Program-made: the position numbers and the translations under genes | Notes under the pieces: generated by a model | Told to the model about the DNA's origin: nothing | What the model saw: the letters and a program-made list of their open reading frames with translations, nothing else | Database searches by the model: none | DNA from: Podarcis tiliguerta | Taxonomy: Eukaryota | DNA: 64,000 nt | Reading direction: 5' to 3' (one strand) | NCBI GenBank assembly: GCA_965153285.1 | Contig: OZ229129.1 | Shown here: positions 40,731 to 53,695 of the stretch, one piece after another | How the letters are laid out: each line of letters opens with the position of its first letter | Numbering within the stretch: position 1 is the first letter of the stretch

Positions 40731-42979
40731 TTTGAAGAATCTAATGATTTGCAGAATCTAATGAAAATTAATAAATTTAGAACTTTGAAATCCATATATA
40801 TTTGGCAGACTAGCTCCAATACTTCCAACTGAATGAAAGACAAGAAAAATTGGGTTTCCTGGAAAAATATCAAAATGACTGGGAAAGGCTGTGGAGGGAA
40901 GACATAAGATTCACTGCATATTATAAGGGGGCGGTGAAGAAGGAGGTAAGAGAAGGAAGCGCTGTCCTGTTCTCAGATTGGGGACAGCCTCCCCCCTCCT
41001 TCTTCTCAACCTGTGGAAGGACCAGACTCAAATTCCTCACCTCCTGACCCCTCAGCAAATGTCCAAGCTACAACCCCAGGGTGAAGTGTAAACCTCAACC
41101 CCACAAGTCATGTGCCCTTAACTGAGTATTACAGTCAGAGGCTGCTATCTAAAGAAGTATCTCCCATTTCTAGGAAGGCCACTTCAACTTCATCTAGTGC
41201 TCAGTCGCTTTCTTCATTGTCTTCCCAGTGCTCCCGGGCAAGCTCTAAGGGCTCACTGACATCCCGGAGGTCCATAGACTATGCTGCAAACCACTACACT
41301 GCCATCCGGTCCAAGCTAAATCACATGGTTTCCATGCTGCCTAGGAGGGGCAATGTGGCAAAAAACTACATAGGCTGCCACCAAGTGAGGTGCAACTTAA
41401 AGCCTAGGCAGCGGATCAGCAAGAGCCTCATAAACCTCAGAGACTTTGCACTGTATTCATCATGACTGCTTCTGAGAAATGGAATCGTGAGAGCTGGCAC
41501 ACATTACTGCCATACAGGGGGTGTTGCTGGCTTGGTGGTGGTTGTTTTTTTAACTTGGCTGCCCAGCCAATCTTTGTGATACTGCAAGCCTTTCCCAGGC
41601 TTTGCCGTGCCATGGAGAAGAATGGTTTGGAATGCCAACCAATATGCACATTATACCTTGCGGCACAAAGGTAGCCATCACATGGAAACACCTTCACGTT
41701 GCTCTTTGTGGCTTACATTTTGTGTGCGTCACTTGTAAGTGCTCCAGACTTCGCACTTGGTCAATTCTGTACTGCCCTTACACATGTTGCTTTCTAGAGC
41801 TTTTTTGGTCTAAGAAATCATGGGGTGACTTGGTTTCATCAAGGGACTATAATATTAGATGTTTAGAAAGTGCAAAAAGAAAGTGTTTGCAACTGTGATT
41901 GTAGTATTCATCTTTTTAAAATATAAACATTGCAAGTTTTGGCACGCTTTCTGTATGCACAGCAGCTATATGTAATAAATCATCATCTTTATCTAAAAGC
42001 ACCCAGCATTAAAAATCTCCTGATACACGGCTCAGGAGATTGAGAGGGAGAAGAAAGAGAAGGCAGGAAGGGTAACCATGTCAGACCACTAACTCCTCGA
42101 AATACAAATGTCTTCCGGATAGATTGCCCATAAACTCCACCCCTTGGTCCAACATGGTTACCTCTTCCATGCTTAGCTAATCTGTTCCTCCTTCCCTCTC
42201 TGAGTAAAAAACCTATACCTTTTTCCCATACAAATGTTTAACTTTAGCATATAAAATACACACTAATATAAGCAACATCAAAATACCAAGAGCCAGTATA
42301 ATCACAGGGTCCCAAGCCAAATTTTAAAATGTTGGTCATGGTAGGGCTCTATCCTGAAAAGATGTCTCACCAATGGTGTGTGATTCAATCCTGAATATCC
42401 TGAGTGACTCTTCTTAGCTTGGCTTGTTTTACTACGGCAATATTAGTACTTTGCATTATGACACATTCCAAGTTTTTCCACAATCTTCACGTACTTTCTC
42501 ATTCCTTTTCTACAAGCAGACTGAATCCCTCGCAAACACCCCATCGGATACCTGCAGCCACACAACTCAAACCCTGCCAGCACTGAACTTTTCAGTTACT
42601 TCAACCACTCCACATTTGCTGAGGGTGCATTTGCATTCCTCTCAGCCAGGAATGCCTCCGTTAGGAGGTACAATGACACCATTTGAATCCACTGGAATCA
42701 GCCAGCAAGTGATCCACAAGAGCCAGATTCTGGACTTGAAGAATTACAAGCGCATTTATCTTCATTTTTCATTCTGGCCAAAATTATGCCAATAACCGTA
42801 AACTAAATTTGGCATCAATTGTGTCTTTATTTGGGGAGGTCTTGGGGGTCTTAACATGCAAAACACCAAAGTCAGCCATGGAAATCTTGCAACACGTCAT
42901 AGATTCCATAGGTCCTCTCCAGTTGTACAGAAGATAGAAGAAGAGAGAGAGAAAAGACCTTGACTGGGGAAAGGGTCAG

Positions 42980-44500
42980 AAAATATTTGCTGCTGCAAAG
43001 GTAACATTTCTGTTTTTTAAATATATACATGGGGCTTTTTTTGCAAAGAGAAGCATTTTCTGCGTGCACACAATAGAGAATCAACCAGGCTGGCAAGCAA
43101 GGGGCAGTATCTCGAGGTTGTTTGCTTGCTTCTTCCACCTTAAGGAAGGAAATCTTGCCCTTCTGCAAATCCCTGCTGGTTTCTCCTCCTTTATGGCCAT
43201 GAAAGGAATCAGACCCGTCAGATCATCAGGATAAGCTAGGAAGCAAGCTGCATGCTGCCTCTCTCATCAGAGCCCCATCATCATCCAAGGAACGAACAAC
43301 AGAACGAAGCCCCTTGGCCAGTGACTCCTGCTACAAAGGCCTTCAATAAAATGCGACAAGTCTTGCCAAAACAAAAAAACCAGAGCCCGGCTCAGGAGGA
43401 GCCCAAGAACCTCCTTTACGACGTGAATGACTGCTACTCCAAGCTGCGCAAGCTGGTGCCGAGGATCCCGCAAGGCCCCAAAGTCAGCCAAGTGGAAATC
43501 TTGCAGCACGTTATCGACTATATCTTTGACCTGCAGATCGTGCTAGAGGAGCAAGCGAAGAAGGGGCAAGATCCGCCCACAGCTTAGACTTCCCTACTCT
43601 CTTTAAAAGCTGCAGAGCGGGCATCCGAACTTTGCTCAAAAGCGGAGAGGAATCTCTGCCGCTAACCTCTTAAAACAGACTGCAACTGTGGGATCCTGGC
43701 ACTTGGTTCTCTCCAGTGAGACAGAAGATAGAAGAGGGACATGAACAGGGGAAAGGATCAAATGTGCATCCAGTAATGGAGAGAGCTCCACCATTCTCTT
43801 CCAGATAAACTGTAGAACATGGATCTGGCCGGCCAGTTGCTGATGCCTTGACTGGTCTTCCAGAAACAACTTTCTGCCCTCAATCTGTTATTCTCTTCCA
43901 ACGGCCTGAAAACAAAATTTGCAGGCCAGGGAGGGGGGACGGTGAAAGCAAGCCCACTTTTCAATAACTATCATATGGCTGTATTAAACAAGAAGAAACT
44001 TTGCACAAGAAGAAATTTTGTGGCGTTTGTGTGTCAGACTAGGCGGATCATTATTATTATTATTAAAGCTTTGAACACTCAGATTCATCATGCTAGTTTA
44101 CTGGTCAGGAGATTTCTTACTGGAATCGCACACTTCCAACATTGAATCAGCTTGTGAGAAATGTGGACTAGTCTGTCATTTGCTCAGAAAAAAGGGCAAC
44201 AACAACTAAAAACAACTTTGCAAATATGCAGCTTTTATGTATATTTTGGATTATAGTTTTTTAACATAATTTTTGGGGGGTGAAGGGGACTTTCACGAAC
44301 ATGAAAACTGAGGTGTCTTAGGGCTGTTTTGCCTCATGGTTTTTGTTGCTGAACTCTAATAGAGAGAACACATGCAACTTATTTGGCAGGAAGGTTGATT
44401 TCTTCATCCATGAATTGTACTTCCTTTGGTGTGTGTTTTTTTAAAAAAACTTTTCATAAAGGCTTTTTCCATAATAAATCTTATTCTGGTGTTTCTTTAA
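42980..44500 (+). pseudogene. ID3: Processed ID3 retrocopy 3 (ORF 43252-43587, premature TAG after the HLH)
   Basis: GAG>TAG at 43585; AATAAA 44473. Confidence 0.92.
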
Positions 44501-47500
44501 AAAACCCAAATACACACACACACACAAATTGCAATTTCTGCTGCTGTTTCTCAACATACATGAGCAGAGTTTATGCTTCAAGAGGAGAGATGTGAATGGC
44601 AGTGCTTCATCAGGCACAGTCATTAGGAAGGTTCATTTAGGGATTAATTAACAAAAAAGAGGAGGGGGTCCTAACAGCCAGAGAGGCCGCTCTGCTTGGA
44701 AAGGAGCAAAGCTATATGTACTCATCACTCCTTTTCTGCACCAAGATCAAACCCCTTTTCGAAAAGCCCTTAGATTGGCTACCCATTAAGGGGTTACTTA
44801 GATTAAGATGCTGCTTGTCCAAAGATACACCCTTATGCTGCTTGGCCCCTTCAACAGCACAGTTTAGGAGTTCAGCTGCCTCTTCCCAATGGATGACTTT
44901 GTGGACTCACTAAAGTTTCTAGTGTGGATGTGGCTGTTCACCTGCGTTTGTGTCTTATTCAAAGGCTCTGATTTCACCTCTTCAGTATTCCCCTAATTTA
45001 GGAAAAGCACCACGTTAGAAGTGACCATTCTAGTGAAACTCCATCTCAAAAAGGGCATTGGCAAATGTCCTTTTCAGCACTTTTCTGCACAAAAATAGAT
45101 TCCCTTGCAAACATGCAATCAGGTGGTATAGCCACACAGTTCACACCCTTCCCCTCAGGCAGGAATGCCTCCTTCAGGAGGTACAATGACACCATTTGCA
45201 GCCCCTGGAATCAGCCAGCAAGTGATCCACAAGAGCCAGACTCTGGGCTTGAAGAATTCCAAGCACATTTATCTGGATTTTTAATTCTCTCTGCAAGAGA
45301 AGAGAAGTGAAAGGCAGTGCTACATCTGCCTCAGTCATTAGGGAGGTACATTCAGGGATTAATTAACAAAACGGAGGAGGGGATCCTAACAGTCAGAAAG
45401 GGTGCTCTGTTTGGAAAGGAGCAAAGAGCTGGCTGCTCCGTCCCTTCCTCCTCCTCCTCCTCCTTCTCCTCCTCCTCCTCCTCCTTCTGCTGATAAAGGA
45501 GGCCTGGAACAAGGCGGGCTGAGTTCTTGGCTTCGTCATGGCTGCCATGGGACCACATTCACCCCGTCCTCCCTGCTCTGCTGGTCCACATGGCCATTTG
45601 CAGAGGGGTGGTTTCTGCAGACCCCCACCATCCCACCCCCTTCCTCTATGCTAGGTAAATAGAATTACAGGATTTCCCACACTTTCTGTACAGATATCAG
45701 CTACATGAATGCTTCAGCCCTCTTCTAAAGCAAGATGGATCCATGCCATCAAGTGCTACAGGCATACAATTCAAACCCTGTGATTCAAGAACTTTTCAAT
45801 TACTTAAACAGCTCCACATCTGCCACGGCGGCAGCAACACTGTCAACTTGAATGTGCTGGATATCTGTGGTTTTCTGCTCCATCTTCTTTTACTCTCACT
45901 TTCGTCCTCCATATGCTAAAGCTTTCCTCTTCATTCCTGCTGCTATATTACTATCTTTCCTTTTAAAATAGAAAAATTGCAGGTTTCTCCACAGTTTCTG
46001 TACATACATCAGAAATATGTATGCTTCAGCACTTTCCTACACCAAAATGGATTCTGTTCCAAACATGCCTTCAGTGGTGCAGCCACACAGTTCACACCCT
46101 GCCCTTAATGAACTTTTCAGTTACTGCACACACTCCAAATTTGTGGAGGATGCACCTGTGTTATTCGCAGCCAGGTATCCCAAACCCCTCAACACAAGTC
46201 TCCCTTCTCCTTTTCTGCACCAGATTCAATCCCTTGCCAACACCTTACCAGAAGATGCAGCTACACAACTCAAACATTATATAAACCATGGATAAAATAT
46301 ATATTGGTGCATTTTACCAATCGAAGCGTTTGGCGTTAAGAAAAACATGAAGGGAAATTTGGCAAAATATAAAATGTTATTAGAGGGGGAAAATTAATAA
46401 ATTAAGAGGAATGGACTTTGAAATTCATATATTTTTGACAGGCTGGCTCCAATACTTCCAACTGAATGAAAGACAAGGAAAATAGGGTTTGCTGGAGAAA
46501 TATCAAAACTAAAGCGAACTCTAATCTAGCCTAAAGGAAAATATCTATCTAAAATGTATAATCTCCTCCACAATTCACACCCTGCCATCAAAGAACTTTT
46601 GTCTCACTTAAAACGCTCAACGTTTCTTGAGGATGCACACCTCAGTACACATAGGGGCAGAGAAAGCTAAGACATTCTGCAGTTTAATTGCCCCCAAATG
46701 GCAGAACATTCAGAGTTCTCCTTGCAGGCATGTCTTAAACTTTAATACCATGGGGCTCCAACCATTTGTGCAATATGACCTAGTAAGGCATCATTCCAAC
46801 TGCAGCAGCCCCATTTCTTTTGTAAAAGATGGAAAATACACAGTTCCATGGCACAACAAGTAATGCCATGTGAAAGAAACATGGGGGGTGGGGTGGGCAT
46901 AAGCCCTAACAGAATAATCAGGAAAACCAAAACAATAATCAACACTTCTAAAAACAGCCTATGGCACAAAACCATTCAATGTATAAACTCCTCCACAATT
47001 CACATCCTGACATCAAAGAACTTTTGGCTCACTTAAAGCACTCAACCTTTTCTGAGGATGCACACCTCAGAACACAAAGGGACATTGGAAGCTAAAAGGA
47101 CAGGCCACACAACAAGCCAGTGACTTCTGTCTTGCAAGTAAAATTTTCGGATGACCCAGACCTTTTCTCAACAGGGGGGGAAGAGGAAGAACCGCTCGAA
47201 TATTGAGATGAAGAGGAGGAGGAGGAAGAGGAGTACGACAAGATTGGTAACCACAGAATGCTTTCCATTATTGAAGTTACAAGAGATGCATTCTGTCAAA
47301 ATGAAAAGCTGAGTTAAGAAAAAAAAGTTTATAGTTTGGGTGTTCACCTATGTGGGTGCCTTGTTCAATGGCCTGACACTGCTGCAACTGGCTCTGATTC
47401 TGCTCTTCACTATTCCCCTTCTTAATGAAAAGCACCAGGTGGAAATTGACCATTCTTGTGAACCAGAATCTCAGAAATGCACTGGCAAAAGTCCCAAGTT

Positions 47501-48834
47501 AAACCCAGGGGTGAAGCGCAAACCTCAACCCCTCAAGTCAGGTTATACAGTCAGTGCAAATATTTGGTACTGCAATTGTACTATTGTTCTTTTTAAAATA
47601 TAAAATTGCAGGTTTTCCCACAGTTTCTGTACGTACATCAGCTATATGTACACTTCTCCCTCTTTCTACAGCCACACAACTCAAACCCTGCAATTAAAGA
47701 ACTCCTGTCAAGACACTTCTGAAGTGGCCTGCAAGTATTTCACTGAACTGCAAGTGCCCACTTTTGGAACACTGGCCACCTCCGGGACGTGTGCAATTCC
47801 AGAAAGGCCATGAACCCAGTGTGATCCAGCAGCAGCTCCTATGCAGCCGCCTGCTGTCACTTGGATCAGAGACAAGACAACATAGAAGAAAAGGTGTTTG
47901 CAACTGAGAACATTGGCTGGAACATGGTGGGTGGGTGTGGTTGTCTGTCTTCCCAGGCTCCTTATGCTCCCCATTTACTTCTCCTTGCCCTACAACTCTC
48001 CTCATAACAGGTTTCCAAACAAATAAACAACTTTTAACCAAGAGGAAGGAGACAGAATGATTGGCAACTCAAACTAGAGCAAACTAGAGCAAAATCCTGT
48101 TTTTTTTAACCACATATAAAGCCAGGCTATGAGACCAGACAATTAATTTGGCTCGGGGTGCAGGTAGCCGAGTAGGACATACGACGAGATGTAGATGAAC
48201 ACACTTAGGTCACATTGAAAAACTTGACCACACAGTGATAACGAAATGGGACTGGCCAGCGAGGCAAAGATGGAGGAGAGATAGGAATGTTAATACCGCC
48301 CCCTCCAAATCTGGGGCAAACTGGTGGAGACGATAGCAGTGGGGAAGCTATGTAGAAAATCTTGTTTTTTTATAAGCCCACGATTTTTCCCCAGCATAAC
48401 TAATTTTTATTTGGCTTTGGCTTTCTGTAAATTTAATTACCCCAAAGTGTATTTCTATATATAAAGCAGGAGATCAAAACACTGGAAAGAAAATACAGTC
48501 TTGAAGAGACTAGTAAATTAATTGTGATGCCTATGCTTCTAGATTCCATGTTCTGTTTTCTTTGAAGCTCATTGTGTTTAACACAATATGAGAAATCAGG
48601 TAAAAACTGTTAACCTTATTGTTTTTTCCTGGTGCTGTCAGAGTGTATGCTTTTGCACATTTGAAGTGCAGTCTGAAAGCAAATTATGTATATAATAAAT
48701 TACACCCCCCCCCCTCGTCCAAATCTGGGGCAAACTGGTAGAGACGATAGCGGTCGGGAAGCTACAAGAATTATTGGAAAACACAGATAATAAAATGAAT
48801 TCCCCTCTGGGTTGAATCCTGGCCATGGGGGCTC

Positions 48835-49061
48835 AGTGGTGTAGTGGTTAAGAGCGGTAGTCACATAATCTGGGTAACCGGGTTCGCGTCTCCGCTCCTC
48901 CACATGCAGCTGCTGGGTGACCTTGGGCCAGTCACAGTCTCTCAGCCCCACTCACCTCACAGAGTGTTTGTTGTGGGGGAGGAAGGGAAAGGAGAATGTT
49001 AGCCGCTTTGAGACTCCTTAAAGGGAGTGAAAGGCGGGATATCAAATCCAAACTCTTCTTC
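48835..49061 (+). mobile_element. tRNA-derived squamate SINE (Squam3-like), recent insertion
   Basis: A-box tggtgtagtggt, B-box ggttcgcgtc, 3' end aaaggcgggatatcaaatccaaactcttcttc. It interrupts the module ggggctca|atccccccaatattg, which is intact in other copies. Family name from recall. Confidence 0.8.
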
Positions 49062-51729
49062 AAATCCAATATTGAGGGGGCCAACATCCCCCGTTGGGTT
49101 GTTGTTATGGGGAAGCAAATGACAGCCACCATCAGTTGCAAGAGACACACCATAGGGATCCAAGCGGGAAATGCGACAGATGTGGAAGGTCACATCGAGA
49201 GATATAACTTCACAGAGAAGGGGAACTGGCAAGGAAAATGGCTGGCTAGTCGTAGATGAGGTAGAGGAATGGGAAACATTCAATGTATCCATCTGTAGAT
49301 CATTTGCATGCTGTGGGCTTCATACAATGTTTCTAAACAAATAAGCAAAACATAAATACAAAGTTTTGTTCATGGTAACATTAGCATTGTATACAGAAAC
49401 AACGGGTTTCTTTCATATCTTTATGTATTGGTTCATTTAAATTGGTTGTACTTTCCCTCTCCTTTCCTTCTGAAAAGCTCAAAGCAGCTAACGAAAAATC
49501 AAACCATGACTTACCAATTGAGAAGATTTCTTAGGAAAGCAGCTGCAGAGATAACCTCCCCTCCTCCCCTTATCTTTACTTATTTGCTTCCATTTTAAGG
49601 GGGGAAGAGAAGCATGCATGTGTGAAAAGCAATGTTGTCCAATGAAATTTGATATTGTGTCACACCAGGCCCACAGATTTTTCAAGAAAAATTCAATGGT
49701 GCATACCGGGCTATTAGCCTGTGCGTAGTTCAGATTCTGCACTTTGATTGCCCCCAAATGGCAGAAAATGCAGGGTGCTCTGTGTCAGAGCTGGCCCACA
49801 CCTCCTTGCAGGCATGTCTTAAACTTTAAGACCATGGGGCTCCAACCACTTGTGCCATATGACCAAGTAAGGCATCTTTCCAACTGCAGCAGCCCCATTT
49901 CCTTTGTAAATGATGGAAAAAACACAGTTCCATGGCAAAACAAGTTCTTTGTGAAAGATTCCGGGCTATTATCTTGCTCAACCCTACTGTAGATCACCTA
50001 ATGAAATCTTTCGGCCAAATATCTAATGACATCCCCAAAGACAAGAAAAATCTACTGCTTTACACAACAACAGGTGCCAGAATATTGATTGCAAAAAAAC
50101 TGGAAGGCGCAGAAAATCCCATCACTATCAGAATGGCAAAACAAACTTGGTGAGTTTGCAGAAACGGCAAAATTGACGGCAATTATTAGAGGCCACTCAA
50201 ATCAGAGAATACTTAGAGACTGGGATGGAGCGAAGGAATACATGAAAAAATATGGTTCCGGAATTGTAATATTAATAGAGAATGTGTAAAACATGCAGGG
50301 GTAAGCAAGAAAATAATAGAATCAACTGAATAATTATTAAATTATAACAACACAAAAAGATGGAAGTAAAATATTGAGATCACACATGGGTGAAGGGGAG
50401 AGGGGGCATATGGGAACCTATAATATCATTTATAATATAATTTGTTAATTGTGTTGTATTTATATACAACAAATGGAAGTCTATAGTATTTAGATATATT
50501 TTAATTTAGGTAATCTATGTAATAGGCTTATGTTAGAAAATGAATATGGATTTTGAATTTAATCTTTGTAAAAAAAAAAAATTGGTTTTGAAAGAAAAAA
50601 TAAAAAAGAAGAAAAAGAAACCATTTGCAGCCACTGGAATCAGCCAGCAAGTGATCCACAAGAACCAGACTCTGGGCTTGAAGAATTCCAAGCACATTTA
50701 TCTTCATTTTTCATTCTGGCTAAAATTATGCCAATAACCTTAAACTAAATTTGGCATCAATTGTGTCTTTATTTGGGGGGTCTTGGGGGTCTTAACATGC
50801 AAGGCACCAAAGTCAGCCGTGGAAATCTTGCAACATGTCATAGATTCCATAGGTCCTCTCCAGTTGTACAGAAGATAGAAGAAGAGAAAGAGAAAAGACC
50901 TTGACTGGGGAAAGGATCAGTTGTATTAACCCCGTGCATCCAATAATGAAGAGACCTCCATCATTCTCTTCCAGATAACCTGTAGAACATGGGTCTGGCC
51001 AGGCAGTTTCAGATGCCTTTACTGGCCTTCCTAAAACAACTTTCTGCCCTCAATCTGTTATTCTCTTCCAAAGGCCTGAAAAGAAAATTTGCAGGCGGGT
51101 GAGGGGGGGCCAGTGAAAGCAAGCCCACTTTATAATAACTATCGTATTGCTGCATTAAACAAGAATAAACTTTGCACAAGAAGAATGCACAAGAAGAAAT
51201 TTTGTGGGGTTTGTGTATGAGCCTGGGCGTATTATTATTATTGTTGTTGTTGTTGTTGTTGTTATTGTTATTATTATTATTTTAAAGCTCTGAACACTCA
51301 GATTCTTCATGCTAATTTACTGGTCAGGAGATTTCTTAATAAATCTCACACTTCCAACATTTGAACCGCTTTGTGACAAATGTGGGCTGATTTGTCGTTT
51401 GCTCAGAAAAAAGGGCAACAAAAAAACAACAACAACTTTGCCTATATGCAGCTTGTATGTGTATTTTGGATTATACTTTTTTAACAACACCTTTGGGGGG
51501 TGGGGTGGGGGGGTATATGGGAACCTATAATATAATTTATAATATAATCTGTTAATTGCATTGTATTTAAAATTGAGTTTTAAAAGCAATAAGTCTATTA
51601 TTTTTGTGTTTTTTTACTTTAGTATTGTATTGTATATTTTGTGTTGTGTGTGCTATATGTTATGTTTGTGATAAATGTTGAAAATTAATTTTAAAAATGG
51701 GGGGGGGGAGAAGAAGTTAACCCATCAGG

Positions 51730-52570
51730 TGGGGAGAGCCGGTTGCGAGGGACATGGGGAACCCTTGCACCTTTTCTGCAGGGCTTGCACGGCCCCCATC
51801 TGCATTGTCTGCAAGAGGTCAAAATACAACAGCGAACACGAACTCATTAATCTGGACCAGGCTTCACAGTGGTTGAAGCAAATAGTCCAGTTTCTGGTGC
51901 AAGAGAGACGAGTGATTATGGAATTGAAACTGGCTGAAGAAGAAAGAGCCAGGCATATCCGGCGGAGCTAGAGGAGGAGAAGAACAAGATCCTGGGCGCT
52001 TTTGAGCAGATGAGCAACTTCCTGGAGGAGCTGCAGCGCTTTTGGCTGACCGAGCTGGTGGCTCTGGAGAAGGGGATGAAGAAGAAAAAGGAAATAAATA
52101 TCGCCAAGCTCTCGGAGGATATCGCCGGTCTCAGTGTGAGACACACAGAAATGGAGAAGAATTGCTAACAGGCCACTATTGAGTGAGGGACTACGGTGAC
52201 CAGGTTTCAGGAGTTGAAAAGAAGGCGGACACTGCTGGGACTCTCTCCAGGCATGGAAGAGAGACTCATAATTTACACTCAGAAAAATTCATTTCGGAAG
52301 GATACCATGGAGAAATGCAAAGGGCTACCGATTCAGGCACTGAACAAAGTGAGTGTCACTCCGGAGCCAGGAACAAAACACCCTTTTCTTTTTATAACCT
52401 GAAGGAATTGAGAAGAAGAAGGGGAAGGCAGGACACGCTGGACAACCCTGGGAGATTCGACAGCATGCTCTACGTGCTGGGCCATGCAAAATTCACCTCA
52501 GGAAGATATTGGTGGGAGGTGGTGGTGGAAGAGGAGAAGGAGAAAAGGGAATGGGCCACCTGGGGAAGTT
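51730..52570 (+). pseudogene. Processed TRIM fragment (B-box, coiled coil, PRY/SPRY start; TRIM7/27/39-like), frameshifted
   Basis: B-box CEGHGEPLHLFCRACTAPICIVCKRSKYNSEH; coiled coil ELEEEKNKILGAFEQMSNFLEE; PRY/SPRY DNPGRFDSMLYVLGHAKFTSGRYWWEV. These normally separate exons are contiguous here. Confidence 0.85.
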
Positions 52571-52741
52571 GAGGGGAGTCTTTGGGTGGGGGGAGAACTG
52601 GATTTTATTTCATCCTTTTCTCTTCTTATGTTTAAGATGATTATGCTGATTTTAACATTGTATCACTGTAAAACCTAATTAAAAAAATTTTAAAAGGAAG
52701 AGGAAGAGGAGGAAAACTACTGCTCAACTTTATGATCAGTG

Positions 52742-53268
52742 AAAATATTTGCTACTGCAAAGGTAGCATTTCTGTTTTTAAAATATATACATGGCCATGA
52801 AAGGAATCAGCCCCCCTCATATCAGTCAGAATCTGCTAGTAAGCAAGCTGGTGCCGCCTCTCTGATCAGAGCCTCACCATCACCCAGGGAATGAACAACA
52901 GAACGAAGCCCCTCGGCCAGTGACTCCTGCTGCACAGGGCTTCAAAAAAATGTGATGAGTCTTCCCAAAACAAAAAAACCAAGAGCCCGGCTCAGGAGGA
53001 GCCCAAGAAGCTCCTTTGCGACATGAATGACTGCTACTCCAAGCTGCGCGAGCTGGTGCCGAGGATCCCGCAATGCCCCAAAGTCAGCCAAGTGGAAATC
53101 TTGCAGCACATTATCGACTATATCTTTGACCTGCAGATCCTGCTAGAGGAAGAGGCGAAGAAGGGGCAAGATCCTCCCGCAGCCGAGACTTCCCTACTCT
53201 CTTTAAAAGCTGCAGATCGGGTAATCGAACTTTGCTCAAAAGAGGAGAGGAAACTCTGCCACTAACCT
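52742..53268 (+). pseudogene. ID3: Processed ID3 retrocopy 4 (5' UTR deletion, no 3' UTR; HLH ORF 53023-53265)
   Basis: [41 protein letters not shown]...KLCH*; carries the same ~80-bp insert as copies 1-3. Confidence 0.9.
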
Positions 53269-53269
53269 A

Positions 53270-53352
53270 TCGGAACCACCTTCGTTATCGGGGCCAGGTA
53301 GGGACCCCAAGATCTCCTGCAATGCTTTTGAAAAGTTTTTTGCAGATAAAGT
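53270..53352 (+). mobile_element. L2/CR1-group ORF2 micro-fragment
   Basis: SGPGRDPKISCNAFEKFFADKV resembles the L2 pre-RT motif (s)CxxFAxFFxDKI. Confidence 0.55.
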
Positions 53353-53365
53353 CTGATTGGAAGTG

Positions 53366-53695
53366 ATCCAAAACTTGAAGGAAGAAATGGCTCGCCATCT
53401 GCACAAGTACCAAGACCTGCTGAATGTAAAGATGGCTCTTGATATTCAGATTGCCACTTACAGGAAACTGCTGGAGGGAGAAGAGAGCAGAATCACAATG
53501 CCCATTCCAACTTTTGCATCCCTGAACCTGAGAGAAACAATCCTTGAGTCTATCCCAATAGACACGCACTCCAAGAGAACACTTCTTATCAAGACTGTTG
53601 AAACTAGAGATGGACAAGTTATCAATGACACTTCTCACCATGATGAACTGGAGTGAAGAAGAGAAGAGCACCTCTTCCTTGTGCCAAAATGAACC
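53366..53695 (+). pseudogene. VIM: Processed vimentin 3' fragment (rod end, tail, stop 53656, short UTR)
   Basis: [58 protein letters not shown]...[31 protein letters not shown] is the VIM C-terminus, spanning several exons without introns. Confidence 0.95.

Larger units (their letters stand above)
34898..50050 (+). repeat. Segmental duplication block, copy 2
   Basis: See 1-14720; carries an additional SINE. Confidence 0.95.

Noticed and set aside
48835-48900. tRNA gene
   Set aside because: The A/B boxes belong to a SINE head that continues into a SINE body and tail.
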